Of a stretch of DNA of 64,000 nt, positions 1 to 13,257 are shown piece after piece. Both the position numbers and the translations under genes were made by a program. This stretch comes from Octopus vulgaris (lineage: Eukaryota). Under the pieces are notes generated by a model. It saw only the letters and a list, made by a program, of their open reading frames with translations. It made no database searches and was not told the origin of the DNA. The stretch spans positions 127,534,001-127,598,000 of the forward strand of contig OX597814.1 of NCBI GenBank assembly GCA_951406725.2, read 5' to 3'. The stretch's first letter is position 1. Each line of letters begins with the position of its first letter.

Positions 1-89
1 AAGTTTGGTAGAAGATTTTAATTCAAAACTTATGAAAACAAGACATTTTTACTACAGAGCCAGTTTCAGCCTGGTTGGTAATGAAAGGG
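1..89 (+). mobile_element. piggyBac-type MITE, right part (runs off window start)
   Basis: Matches the 3' half of 5360-5579. Ends GTAATGAAAGGG followed by TTAA (90-93). Confidence 0.75.
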
Positions 90-322
90 TTAAGATGGTG
101 CTTAGAAAAAAAATTTACATGAAATTTTAATGGGAAGTTTAATTTAGAGAGGAAATTTGTATCACTGAAGCAAGGGCATTCTCAGGCAGGTTGGCATTAA
201 AATGGTTAAACAGCATTGGAAACTTGAAGATATTGATTTTTTTTCTCAGACACAAAGCCACAGCTATCTCCTTAGTTTTTTATTTTTATGTTGAATGGTG
301 ATTGTGGTGGAGGGACTGAAGT

Positions 323-1027
323 TCATCATCATCATCATCATCGTTTAACGTCCGTTTTCCATGTTAGCATGAGTTGGATGATTTGACTGAGGACTGGCAA
401 ACTAGATGGCTGCACCAGGCCCCAATCTGATCTGGTAGAGTTTCAACAGCTGGATGCCCATTCTAATGCCAACCACTCTGAGAGTGTAGTGAGTGCTTTT
501 ATGTGCCACCGGCACGAGGGCCAGTCAGGCGGTACTGGCAACGGCCACACTCAGATGGTGTTTTTTACATGCCACCTGCACAGGAGCCAGTGCAGCGGCA
601 CTAGCAACAACATCGCTCGAATATTTTTTCACGTGCCACTGGCATAAGTGCCAGTAAGGCAAAACTGGTAACAATCACACTCGAATGGTGCTTTTTATGT
701 GCCACCGGCATGGAAGCAAATTAGTTGCTCTGGCAATGATCACACTTGGATGGTGGTCTTAGCACTCCACTAGCACGGATGCCAGTCATCGAATTTGATT
801 TCAATTTCACTTGCCTCAACAGGTCTTTGCAAGCAGAGTTTAGTGTCCAATGAAGGGAAGGTATGCATAAGTGGGCTGGTTGAACCCCTGGCATAGGCCA
901 CGAGGTTATGGTCTCACTTGGCTTGCTGGGCCTTCTCATGCACAACATATTTCCAAAGGTCTCGGTCACTAGTCATTGCCTCGGTGAGGCCTAATGTTCG
1001 AAGATCGTGCTTCACTATTTCATCCCA
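323..1027 (-). mobile_element. 5'-truncated RTE LINE (ORF end plus 3' UTR)
   Basis: Minus strand encodes WDEIVKHDLRTLGLTEAMTSDRDLWKY, homologous to the ORF end at 14956-15065. Has a hairpin-repeat 3' UTR and a (GAT)n tail. Confidence 0.85.
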
Positions 1028-1670
1028 TCAAACTCACTATATGACAGAGGCTTATTATATCAACACAGAATGAGGAAAATAAACGTAAACCTCAATAGGT
1101 TCGAATTCTGAAAGTAAAGGTCCACAACCTAATACTGTAAGACATCTCGTCTGCTGGTCTAATAATTCTGCCAACAGCCCCTATTCTATGCTCTTTGTCT
1201 TTTAGGGGTATTGCTAATAATCTTGTAATAGCTCAGCTACAAAAAAATAAGCAATTTCGGGTGATAGCATGATGATGAATATGAAGTAGTTAACTGTCTT
1301 GTTTCAATCTTGTAACTGATATATATATATTTAGTATTGACGTACAATTATACATTGGTTTATACAAATAAAGAAAAACTCACACTCATCATTGTCATCA
1401 GGATCATCATTGTCGTTGTCATCATCATGATCATCATTCAATGTCTGTTTTCCATAAAGGTGTGGGTTGGACAGTTTGACAGAATCCAATGGTCCAAGAT
1501 TGCACCATACTCCAAAGTCTGCTTCAGCATAGTTTCTACAGCTGGATGCCCTTCTTAATACTAACCACTATACAGTGTGTGCTGGGTGCTTTATTTGTGC
1601 CACCAGCACTACTGAGGTTGCCATTTAGCTTGCAAACCTACTAACTCATACGTTTGTACATACATACTTA

Positions 1671-2149
1671 CATCAAAACTTCTGTCAAATGTAAACATAA
1701 CAGGCCAAATATTGTCTTTTGGGACAGAGAGGCAAAGGTAGATACCATCATAGAGGTACTACCTACCCTGCAGATATAAATATCTCTTTGAATATCAAAG
1801 AAAAAGAGGATATCTATGGACAACTGTTTTGAAACCTCCAGCTTCTATATCCAGATTATGAATTTATATTCGTACCAATAATAATTGGAGCACTAGGTTT
1901 TGTTAGCAAATGCTTAAAGGAGAATCTGGGGTAACTAGGATTTTCAAAAAGAAAAATTGACCAACTAATTCGTACATTACAAGTCCAATCTGTGAGTGGA
2001 ACAGTAAAAATATGCAAGACTTTTCTCAAGTTCCAAATGTGAGTTTGTCTATGTTAACTACATCCGAGAGATGGGGCCTTGTATCTTTGTTGGAAACCAG
2101 CTCCCTCCTCAGTGGAAGATTTATAATAAATAAAAAAAATAGAAGAGAC
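1671..2149 (+). mobile_element. R4/Dong-like non-LTR retrotransposon 3' end (restriction-like endonuclease domain)
   Basis: Translates with a frameshift and a stop to KCKHNRPNIVFWDRE...IIEV...KEKEDIYGQL...LQLLYPDYEFIFVPIIIGALGFV...KICKTFLKFQM*, an RLE-domain pattern. Short 3' UTR with A-rich end. Further copies at 45507-45853 and flanking the RTE at 14.2/16.7 kb. Confidence 0.75.
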
Positions 2150-2435
2150 TTGCATACATGCTGTGCTTGAGGAGCATCATCAAGCCAAGTGAAATCATAG
2201 CTGTAGTCGATGCCCATGTCACACAACTTGCACCTGTGCGGGTGGCTCGTAAAAAGCATCCATTACACTCTTGGAGTGGTTGGCATTAGGAAGCATATCC
2301 AGCCATAGAAACCATGCTAAATCAGATTGAAACCTGGTGCAGCTCTTCAGCTTACCAGTTTCAGTCAAACTGTCTAATCCATGCCAGTATAGAGAGCAGA
2401 TACTAAATGATGATGATGATGATGATGATGATGAT
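2150..2435 (+). mobile_element. RTE 3'-end fragment
   Basis: GTGGTTGGCATTAGGAAG...CCATGCCAG...(GAT)n, the reverse complement of the 14.3 kb RTE tail. Confidence 0.75.
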
Positions 2436-2889
2436 ATATATATATATATGTATATATAAATTAAAAACGAGGAAGGTAGGTTTATGGGATTACCTTAGGT
2501 TTTCTCATCCATAAAGAGTTGAGCTTTATGGCATATCGTCAGATCCCAAAACCTGTTGGCTCATGACCTATTTTGAGGAGGTCATGGGTCAACAGGTTTT
2601 GATTACGATGAAAGTAAACAAACAAATGAAGTTTGCTTTAGAAGCATTGAGATGTCTTAGAAAGTTAAAGAAGTGATTTTTTTTTAATTCTCAAACAGGA
2701 TAATGCTTATAATAGAGCCTGAACAGGATAAACTACCCCTATTTTGCAGAGAAACTTTATTATTTGTAAATCTCTCAATGAGAGATATACAGTAACAGTA
2801 CTTTAAAGTATAGATTATTTGCCAACATAATGTGGCAGTCCCGGTTGGGATGAATATTACTGTTGTTTTAGCCCCAGGAATCTTTACTT

Positions 2890-3410
2890 TCATCATCATC
2901 ATCCTCATCATTATTTAACATCCGCTTTCCATGCTGGCGTGGGTTGGACAGTTTGACTGAGGACTGGTAAACCAGATGGCTGCACCAGGTTCCAATCTGA
3001 TCTGGCAGAGTTTCTACAGCTGGATGCCCTTCCTAAAGCCAACCACTCCAAGAGTGTAGTGGGTGCCTTTACGTGCCACTGGCATGAGGGCCAGTCAGGT
3101 GGTACTGGTGACGGTCACACTCAAATGGTGTTTTTCATGTGCCACCTGCACAGTAGCCAGTCCAGCAGCACTGGCAATGACCTTGCTCAAATGTTGTTTA
3201 TCACATGCCACCGGCACAGGTGCCAGTAAGGCAACGATGGTAACGATCATGCTCGAATGGTGCTTCTTATGTGCCACCAGCACAGGAGCCAGTCAGTGGC
3301 CCTGGCGACGATCACACTCAGATGGTGTTTTTAACATTCCACTGGCACGGGTGCTAGTCAGATGGTGCTGTCATCAGCCACATCAGTGAATTTGATTTTG
3401 ATTGATTTTA
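2890..3410 (-). mobile_element. RTE 3' UTR copy with hairpin-repeat array
   Basis: Near-identical in layout to 323-800. Contains several GTGCCAC(C/T)(G/T)GCA units. Confidence 0.8.
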
Positions 3411-3434
3411 CTTTATATATATGTGTGTGTGTGT

Positions 3435-3737
3435 GGAGACACATGGCCTAGTGGTTAGAGAAGCGGACTCACAGTTGAGGGATAGCGAGTTCAAATCTCA
3501 GACCAGGCGATGTGTGTGTTTATGAGTGAAACACCTAAGCTCCACTCGGCTCCGGCAGAAAGTAATGGCGAACTTCTGCTGACTCTTTTGCCACAACTTT
3601 CTCTCACTCTTTCCTCCTGCATCTTGCAGCTCACCTGCGAAGGAACAGTGTCCCGCCCAGGTGGGGAATCCATATGCTAAGGAAACCAGGAAACCAGCCC
3701 TTATGAGCCAGGCATGGCTCGAGAAGGAGCAAACAAA
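3435..3737 (+). mobile_element. tRNA-derived SINE, family C (V-domain-like body)
   Basis: A box TGGCCTAGTGG and B box GAGTTCAAATC. Body CCTGCG..GGA.CAGTGTCCCGCCCAGG resembles the V-SINE domain. Homologous to 44892-45205. Confidence 0.75.
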
Positions 3738-3739
3738 TA

Positions 3740-3797
<58 letters not shown>

Positions 3798-4382
3798 TAC
3801 CCATGCTAGCATGGAAGGCAGATGTTAAGGAATGATGATGATATGTATATATATGTATCATTATCTTCATGTATCATCATCTCCATGATCATCATCTTCA
3901 TCAATTTGACATTTTCTTTCTATGCTTGCATGTGTAAAATGAGAGTACATTGGGACAGAGCTTTGCAACAGTTGAATGCCCTTCCTGAAGCCAACCCCCT
4001 CCTGTTTCCAAGTAAGATAATAATCTCTCAGTTTATCAAACAACAAACAGTTCGGACATGATTTTATAGAGAGCTCGTAACAAGCAACACTTATGAATGA
4101 GCCTTTTGTTAAAGATCATGCAACATGTCAAAGCAAGTGAAGCAGTCTGGACATGCTTTTACTGTGGACTGCAATTAAATGACACTGTGTGTATGAATAG
4201 TGAGGCCTTTCTTTACAATCAATGAACATGTGTGAAGATGATGGGAGATGCAAAACTGTGCATGCAAACACACATGCACATACACACACACACACACACA
4301 CAAGCACACATACATTCACATGCGCACGCACACACAAGCATACATACACTTATATGCACACACACACACACATACATATACT

Positions 4383-4560
4383 GCAGGCACAAGAATAGAT
4401 GGGGGGGGGCAGGAATAGTAGGTTTGGTCCACCCCAGGTGGCACTTTTAAAGGGGCAGCACTCTTGGGTCTGCTGTAGGCAATATATGTTTTTTGTGAGG
4501 TCTGAGGACTGCAAACAGAAGGGCTGCCCCAGGTGGTACCCACTTTAGCTATGTTAGTAA
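4383..4560. mobile_element. Possible short non-autonomous DNA element (hAT-like MITE), decayed
   Basis: GC-rich island with internal repeat CCCCAGGTGG (x2) and ending TTTAGCTATG. Termini are degenerate. Confidence 0.3.
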
Positions 4561-5359
4561 CTGTAGAGGATGGGTTCTTTTATTTACCATGTACCAAAAT
4601 CTGCTTACAAGGCTTTAATTGCCCTTGGGTTATAGTAGCAGATGTTTGCCCAATGCGCTACTCTGTGGGTCTGAATCCCAAACCATGTGGTTAGGAAGCA
4701 AAAAGCCTAACCACACAGCTTTGCTTAGATCTACACTTAACCACAAAGTTATTCCTGCATCTATTCTTGCCCAAGAGCATTTGCACGGTGGCATTGATGA
4801 TTATGGTAATGGTGATGATTATGGTAATGGTGATGATGATGATAATCAAGATGATATTTTGATCAGTTCGATCTCCAATCGTCAGCTGATGTCTTTACCT
4901 TGATGAGTCCGCTAACTAGTGAATTGAAGTGTTATTTACACGTAGTTTAGAAAAGAAACTTACTTACTCGTCTTGAATCCAGTCTGGTACTATATGCATA
5001 TTTTGGAATAAGCCATGTGTTGACAACTGGAGATTAAATTAACCAAAACAAAGTATAGATATATATAGTACAGACATAAATATTTTTTTTTTTAATCTCT
5101 CTTTGCTGAAGATGAAATTAACAATCTGTAAAACTATAATTGTAATAATTACTCATTTTAAATATTTAGCCATTTAACCCAAATTATAGGGTGCTGACAG
5201 TTAAACTGTAAATGGCAGATAAACTTATTTTATATTAATTCTCAAATTATAAAGACAAGATAAAATAATTCCAATGAGTTGAAATAAAATAGATAAAATG
5301 ATTATTATTTCAAAGTGAATTATAAAGAAAGAATATTGGTAGTTTCTTTTGTATGTTAA

Positions 5360-5579
5360 CCCTTTCATTACTGTATTTATTTTGAGATGCTCTCTGTTTC
5401 TTTCAATTACTTTAAATATAACAAAGAATTTAGTAAAATAACTTAGTTATCATTCAGCAAGTGTTAGGAACATAAATTGTGACTAAGGTTTGGTGGAAGA
5501 TTTTAATTCAAAACTTATGAAAACAAGACATTTGTACTCAGAGCCAGAGCCGGTTTCAGCTGGGTTGGTAATGAAATGG
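5360..5579 (+). mobile_element. piggyBac-type MITE, complete
   Basis: TTAA on both sides (5356-5359, 5580-5583). TIRs CCCTTTCATTAC / GTAATGAAATGG. Three copies in the window. Confidence 0.85.
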
Positions 5580-5621
5580 TTAAGGGTTGAAGGATGTGTC
5601 ATTCATAATTTACATTATCTT

Positions 5622-6150
5622 GACATGTGGTTTAGTGGTTTGAGTATTTGGCTCATGATCATAAGGTTGCAAGTTCAATTCCCAGCAGTGTATTGTGTCC
5701 TTGAGCAAGAAACTTTATTTTACATTGCTCCAGTCCACTCAGCTGGCAAAAGTGAGTAACACCTGTATTTCAAAGGGCCAGCCTTGACACATTCTGTGTT
5801 ATGCTGAATCTCCCTGAGAGCTACATTAAGAGTACCATTTGAGCATGGCCATTGCTAGTACCGCTTGACTGGCCCTTGTGCTGGTTGCACGTAAAAGCAC
5901 TCACTATACTCTCGGAGTGGTTGGCGTTAGGAAATGCATCCTGGTGTAGAAGCACTGCCAGATCAGATTGGAGCTGGTGCAGCCATCTGGTTCGCCACTC
6001 CTCAGTCAAATCATCCAACCCATGCAGACGTTAAACGATGATGATGATGATGTCTGTGGAATGCTCTGCCACTTGCATGCTAATTTCACAAGCAGACTGT
6101 TCTGTTGATCAGATCAACTGGAAACCTCATCACCATAACCAACCAAGTGC
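5622..6150 (+). mobile_element. tRNA-derived SINE, family D (Deu/Nin-like domain), split by an RTE 3' fragment at ~5830-6052
   Basis: TGTCCTTGAGCAAG...TTGCTCCAGTCCACTCAGCTG. The halves rejoin to match copies at 27340-27600 (+) and 29625-29955 (-). Confidence 0.65.
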
Positions 6151-7014
6151 TAGTTTTTTGTCTTGATGGTGGTGGTGGTGGTGGTGGTGGTGGTGAGGAT
6201 GACGATGATGATGAGGAGGAGGAGGAGAAGGACGAGGAGGAGGAGGAGATGGTGGTGCAGCATCAGCAGCAGCAAGAAGAGAAATTTTATGAACATATCA
6301 AATATTTTTGATACTTTCATTGAATAGGGTTTATAATTTGACATTGTTTGCTTGATGAGTAAAAGTAAATAAATAAATCAAAACAACAGTGCTGACATCT
6401 ATGTGTTCCAGCAAACTTTTTGTTGGATGATTTCACTGAACTTCTTTAATGCTGCAGATTAGAATGTTTTATAGATTTTTTCTTTTTCTTCTCACATCTG
6501 TTAAACTTTAACTCATTTGGGATGCTGTTGTTCTTCCTACTCACATACATTCACATTTCTGCATGGTAACATTAAACTTCTACATCCCCATAATCACCAT
6601 CACCATTAAGATCAGCATCACTATCGATATCACCACTGCTGCCACTGCTGCTGCCGCTACCACTGTCACTGCCACCACCACCACCACTACTGCTGCCACC
6701 AGCACTACCACCACCACCACCAACATCACCACCATCACCAACATTGTGCTTTCAGTTCCTATTTTTATGTCCCACCATATAATATGAATATGTTGTGATG
6801 TAAAGGAACATATGCCAGTTTTGAAGTTCTAAGCCCTTCAAAGACAAGGATCCACAGTAGATATTTTAGCTCAGCAATGTCACATGGTGAAGTTGTGGTC
6901 CTAATACTCACAAAGGTGAATGACCTAAACCTTTCAATGAGGGCTGTAGCTTTGTGATATCTATTTTCTGCCCACCACAGCAGCAGCAGCAATAGCAACA
7001 ACAACAACAACAGT

Positions 7015-7459
7015 GGAGGCACAATGGCCCAGTGGTTAGGGCTACGGACTCACGGTTGTAAGAACACGGTTTCGATTCCCAGACCAGGTGGGGGGGGGGT
7101 GAACCCGTCTGTACTCTTTCACCACAGCTTTCTCTCACTCTTTCTTCCTACTCCTGCTACAAAGCAGAGGAACCATGGTGTAATATACTATGGTGTGGTA
7201 AACTTTCAGACCCTAGTCTAGATTGCGAATCCGCTGTACCCCAGGATGGTTCAGCTCTCCACCCGCTAAAAGCCACCGTTTACGGAATGAGGATAACAAC
7301 GTAGCTTTCGAGCCTGTCTATCGCAAGTGGTGGGTGGATCTTCAAGTTGCCGCATGCATTCTTAGAATCTTAGAGTAGGCTCGAATTAGAGATTATTCTT
7401 TGTGGCTAATGGCGTGAGTCCTGATTGGAAGAAGAAGAAGAAGAAGAAGAAGAAGAAGA
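7015..7459 (+). mobile_element. tRNA-derived SINE, family C head with a distinct tail ending (AAG)n
   Basis: GGAGGCACAATGGCCCAGTGGTTAGGG...GGTTTCGATTCCC head, flanked by (CAG)n(CAA)n on both sides. Confidence 0.7.
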
Positions 7460-8440
7460 CAGCAGCAGCAGCAGCAACAACAACAATTGCTTTACACTTT
7501 GACACAAGGCCAGCAATTTTAAGGAAAACCAGCCTCAGTGTTCAACTGGTTCTTATTTTATCATACTCTAAAAAGGATGAAAAGGTTGGCCCTGGTAGGA
7601 TTTGAACACAGAATATAAAGATCCAATAGAAATGTCAATAAACATTTTGTCCAGCATTCTGATGATTCTGCTAGCTCACCATCTTAAATTCTGCCAGCTC
7701 GCTGCCTTATAATGCACTACAAGTCGTTAGGACAGGATAAAAGCAGGGACAGAAAACAGCAATAACTCAAGCAAAGAAAGACAGCAATGATAACCAAAAG
7801 ATCATACACAGTACACAGAATAAAACACAAAAATTCAGGAGCCAAAAAATTTTAAATTAAATGTTTAAAATTGAAACAGTTAATCATATATAATTTGGGC
7901 TTTCAATAGAAGCTGCTAAGCCAGAGCAGCTTTCCTAGATTGTAAAGACATGTATGCAGCAGTGAGTATTTTTATAATTTGGCAGTTTTCCTGCATCTTG
8001 GAAGCATGAAGATTTTCATAATTTCCTCCAATTGCAAATATGTAATCAGCCCGTTTGATTAATCTTTATATCTCCACTTCTTAGACAAAATATTATAATT
8101 ATTATAACTGTTATGAATCAAATTCACTCTAAATGTTTGAATTACCAGGAAATGTTCTAAAATAACAGGTTTTACGGGTTCAATCAAAATTTTTTGTTTC
8201 CAATCAGCTACTGGAATTAGTGACCTGAAGATTCTTCGCTAAAACAATAAATCTGAAAATATAACTGAAAACTGTAGGCACAGGCATAGCTGTTTGGTAA
8301 GAAAGTTGTTTCCCAAACACATGGTTCTGGGTTCATCCCACTGTGTGGAACCTTGGGCAAATGTCTTCTACTATAGGTTCAGGTCAACAAATGCCTTGTG
8401 AGTGAATTTGGTAGATGGAAACTGAAAGAAACTTATTGTG

Positions 8441-8472
<32 letters not shown>

Positions 8473-9050
8473 TGTATGTATGTATGTATGTATGTATGTA
8501 TGTATGTATGTATGTATGTATGCATGTATGCATGCATGTATATATTATTATCTTTGTCTGTCTTGTCTTGCAAGTTACTTGGTGATCCTGCTAGTGCTTG
8601 TGCCACATAAAAAGCATCCAATCCACACTGTAAAGTGGTTGGCATTTGGAAGGGCATCCAGCTGTATAAACCATGCCAAACTGACATTGCCTGTGCTTGT
8701 GCCACATAAAAAGCACTCAGTCCCCTCTGCTGAATGGTTGATGTTAGGAAGGGCATCCAGCCATAAAAATCCTGCCAAAGGCCTCAATGAATTCTATCTG
8801 ACCCATGGGAGCATGAAAAAAGTGGATGTCAAACTGTCATGTTAATGATGACATGTGAGCCAAACTGCACACTTCTCTATTTTTTCCTTGGTTCCACTTC
8901 TTACTTCTCAGAATTATTTCATAGACATTACAGTTCAATGAACAAAATTTGTAAAATACCACTGCATCTTGATTTTTAAAAGAGTATTTAGCTTAGCACA
9001 TTAACAATATGCATAACCACAGTTATAGCCATACATACAAATACATACAA

Positions 9051-9280
9051 ACTCTTTTACTCTTTCTTTTACTTGTTTCACTCATTTAACTGCAGCCATG
9101 CTAGAGCACCGCCTTTTAGTCAAAGAAATCAACCTCAGGACTTATTCTTTGTAAGCCTGGTACTTATTCTATCAGTCTGCTTTTTGCCAAACCACTAAGT
9201 TACAGGGATGTAAACACAGCAACATCAGTTGTCAAGCGATGATGGAGGCAAGAAATACATACAGAGGACACACACACACA

Positions 9281-9315
<35 letters not shown>

Positions 9316-9488
9316 GTATATATGATGGGCTTCTTTTCAATTTCCCTTTACCAAATCCACTCACAAGACTTTGGTTGGCATGAGGCTACAGTAGAAGACA
9401 CTTGTCCAAGGTGCTACACAGTGGGACTGAACCCGGAACCATGTCCTTGGGAAGCAAGCTTCTTTCCACACAGCCATATCTGCACCTA
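9051..9488 (-). mobile_element. CORE-like tRNA SINE, family A, full length
   Basis: Head with CORE-like ACCTTGG(G/A)CAAGTG, internal (TA/TG)n, tail ...CAGCATGGC...TGAAACAAGTAAAAGA. About 20 full or partial copies in the window. Confidence 0.85.
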
Positions 9489-10221
9489 TTTATTTATATA
9501 TATATAGTTGGAATTTACAAAAAACAAAAGACAAAGACAGGTGTGTAAACAACAAACAGGTGTATTAGTTTAACACTTGGGAAGGTGAGAAAGTCCTTTA
9601 CATTTGGAGTCTATGCTCTTCAACAGAAAGGGACACAAGAAAATAAACAGAGAGAGAATAAAAAAAGAGAGGATAAAGAAAGAGAGAATTAAAAAAGTGG
9701 GAGAAAAAAGAAGAAACAGAGGTAATAAAAAACGAATAAAAAGAGAAAATAAAAAATGAGAAAATATATAAATAGATATAAAAGCACATTTAAAGGTTAA
9801 TTACCTTTCTATTCTCTCAGCTTATTTTATATATATATATTGCTATTTTTAATCAATTAACTGTGAATACATTTCCTTTTTCTCTTTACATATTTGTATC
9901 ATATTGTGTTTGTTTGCACAAATTGTCAACTTGAATGATAATAGAAAAGAGAATGAGAACATTTCAGTCAATATTATATTATAATATGATTATAGTTTTT
10001 ATGACTAAAATTTATTACAACAAATCTGAGTAGACCAGTTTATGCTATTGTGTTGATTATGGAGTGGCTGTGTGATAAAGTTTGCTTCCCAACCGCATGG
10101 TTTCAGGTTCAGTCACACTGTGTGGAAACCTGGGCAAGTGTCTTCTACGATAGCCTTGGGCCAACCAAAGCCTTATGAGTGGATTTGGTAGATGGAAACT
10201 TAAAGAAGCCCATCGCATATA

Positions 10222-11504
10222 CTAGGTTGTTATGAAAATACTGTCCGATTTTTCCAAAGCATTTTTTAAAATTCGATTTAAGATGTTGTTTTTGTAGTGT
10301 TTTAGATGAAATTTTACATGCTTAATAATTGATGTGTACTCTTTAATAATTTTTTATTGCTTTCTTTTAGAATATAGAATTTGAAGTGTAAAAATCCTTA
10401 ATTTCAAACATGGAAAAAGAAAAATTGCATTTACTTTTTTGCATGAATTCAAGCTTGGACTTAATCCTTCCCAAACAGCTGCCAATATCAACAGAGCATG
10501 GGGTGAAGGGTCCACTAGTGATCAGATGGGTCAACAATGGTTTGAAACATTCCATAGTAGGGAAAGGAGCCTTGAAGATCAAGAAGATAGAGGATGTCAA
10601 TCCAGCCTTGTTGATCAGAATTTGAAAACAATAGTTGAACAAAACCCACAACAAAGTGTCAGAGAAATGTCTCATCTTCTTTGTGTCAGTGTTTCAACAG
10701 TAGCAGATCATCTGAAGAAAATCAGCAAAGTGAAAAACTTGATAAATGGGTCCTGCATGACCTCAATGAAAATCAAAAACTTCAGCATCTTGAAGTGTTT
10801 TGGATGCTCTCTCTGAAAAACCCTAATAACCTATTTCTTGACTGAATAGTCACTTGTGATGAAAGGTGGATCCTTTATGACAATTTTAAGTGACCAAATC
10901 AATGGTTTGATCATGATGAAGCACCCAAACATTTCCTGAAACCAAAGTTGCATCAGCAGAAGATTATGGTGACTGTCTGGTGGTCTGCCATTGGTGTCAT
11001 CCATTACAGCTTTCTGGAACCTAACCAGAGTATTACATCAGAAGTTTACTGTAAGAAACTGGAAGAAGTGTATGTTGGCTTCAGTAAAATGAGATTTGCA
11101 CTTGTTAATCAACATGGTCCAATTCTGCTCCACGACAATACTTGACTGCATATTTCCAGGATGACACTGCAAAAGCTCACAGACTTGGGATACACGACTT
11201 TATCACATCCTATATATTCTCCTTATCTTTCACCCACCAACCACCACTTTTTCAAGCATCTAGATATTTTTTTAAGGCAAAAACCCTTCTGTTCCAAAAC
11301 TGTGGTTGAAACTGAATTCAAGCATTTCCTGGCATCAAAACCTTTGAATTTTATCAAAGAAGCATAAATGACCTTGTTAATCGATGGGGGAAATGTATAG
11401 CTGTTCAGAGATCATATTGTGAATAATTAAACCTTTGTAAAGGTTCAGTTTTTAAGAATACAGGCTTATTTTAAAAATCGGTCATTATTTTCTGAACAAC
11501 CTAA
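10222..11504 (+). mobile_element. Mariner (DD34D) transposon family 1, full length, inactive
   Basis: ~1.28 kb. TIRs CTAGGTTGTTATGAAAATACTGTCCGATTTTT / AAAAATCGGTCATTATTTTCTGAACAACCTAA. TA on the left, TG on the right. Confidence 0.92.
10410..11426 (+). pseudogene. Mariner transposase, frameshifted
   Basis: Motifs WVLHDL (WVPHEL), VTCDERWILYDN, KIMVTVWWSAIGVIHY, LLHDN, YSPYLSPTNHHFF, spread across several frames with stops. Confidence 0.9.
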
Positions 11505-12196
11505 TGTGTGTGTGTTTCTATTTGTGTCTGTCCCCACCACTGCTTGCCAGTTGGTGTTGGTTTGTTTACATCCCCATAACTTAGTTGTTTGGCAAAAGAA
11601 GACCAATTGAATAAGTACCAGGTTTTTTAAAAAAAGTTCTAGGGTTGATTCATTTGACTAAAATTCTTTATGGTGGTGCCCCAGCATGGCCACAGTCTAA
11701 TGACTGAACCAAATAAAAGATATTATAGAGATTCTGGATTTATATTTAAAGCTCATTAATTTTACAGCATGTCAGCACTCAATACTACAAATAAAAATAT
11801 AGATTGACAGTATTCACAGGGATATTTGAAATTTGGTTTAATTCCTCCAATCCTTAATGAGTCAACGCTTATGTTTTTTGCTCTATGAAAAGACATTTGA
11901 AGATAACGCAGTGAAGCCTTGAGTGGAAGCACTTAGACAAGAGAAACATAGAATGTCAATTTTTTTAAGATCCTGAAAGAAAAGCTTGGAAAATGTCCAG
12001 TCTCAATGTAATTTCTCAAGTGCCAATCTCAATCTGATATTGAACAAGGAATGAAAGCCTCTTGTAATGTTACCTTTAACATAACAAAAGACAAAAATTA
12101 TATTTAAAAAACCCCAGAAAGCTACATATGATTGGAGAGGATACCAGCTGTGAAAGTAAGTCACAGAAAGATTATGAAGAAGTAAAGTAAACCTAT

Positions 12197-12609
12197 ACTC
12201 TTTAACTCTTTTACTTGTTTCAGTCTTGACTGTGGCCATGATGGAGCACCACCTTTAGTCGAGCAAATCGACCCCAGGACTTATTCCTTGTAAGCCTAGT
12301 ACTTATTCTATCAGTCTCTTTTGCCGAAACGCTAAGTTACGGGGACGTAAACACACCAGCATCAGTTGTCAAGCGGTGTTGGGGGGGGAGACAAACACAG
12401 ACACACAAGCATATGCACACAAATACATATATATACATATATGTGATGAGCTTCTTTCAGTTTCCATCTACGAAATCCACTCACAAGGCTTTGGTCAGCC
12501 TGAGGCTATAGTAGAAGATACTTGCCCAAGGTGCCACGCAGTGAAACTGAACCAGGAACCATGAGGTTCATAAGCAAGCTACTTACCACACAGTAACTCC
12601 TACGCCTAT
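12197..12609 (-). mobile_element. SINE family A, full length
   Basis: Co-linear with 9051-9488. Confidence 0.85.
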
Positions 12610-13257
12610 AGCCACTCCTATGCCTATTTTTAATATTTTTCTTAAAGGTTATTTAAATAACATCGCAGTATAACAACATATTAACAAAATGGTAAAAGAT
12701 ATTAAAAAGACTTCAGAGTTTCATCGGCATAATTTTCCTAATTAGTCAGATAAATCAACATTTGGAAGTTCTAATACTGCTTTCTCATAGCATATGTAAG
12801 GGACTGTAGTCTCAGTAAAACATGAGTTGCTGATAATTTTTCTTTGCCAAATAAGTGTGGCTTGTTCCAGGTTCAACCCTACATTGTGGCACTATGGGCA
12901 AGTGTCTTCTACTACAACCTCGACCTGTCATGAATGTGTGTGTGTGTGTGTTTGTGTGTGTTTGTGTGTGTTTATCCCTCACTACTGCTTGACAACCAGT
13001 GTTGGTTTGTTTACATCCTAGTAACTTAGTGGTTCAACAAAATGGAACTAATAGAATAAGTACCAATCTTAAATAAAGGTACCGCCTTAAAAATTCTTCA
13101 AGGCAGTGCCCCAGCATAGCCACAGTCTAATGACTGAACAAATAAAAGATAAAAGAGACAGACTATAAGTATTCTAAAGCTGATTTCCTTGTGTTTGGAG
13201 GAGAATTTGAGAACATATATTACTCCTCTTAAGAATATTAGAAATAGGTACCATGCT

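Larger units (their letters stand above)
10061..11720 (+). mobile_element. SINE family A split by a mariner insertion in its internal microsatellite
   Basis: Head at 10061-10221 and tail at 11505-11720 join into a complete family A copy. Confidence 0.85.

Noticed and set aside
4968-5026. Possible minus-strand 59-nt exon (VNTWLIPKYAYSTRLDSRR) with good splice sites
   Set aside because: Too short, no recognisable homology and no partner exon; expected by chance.
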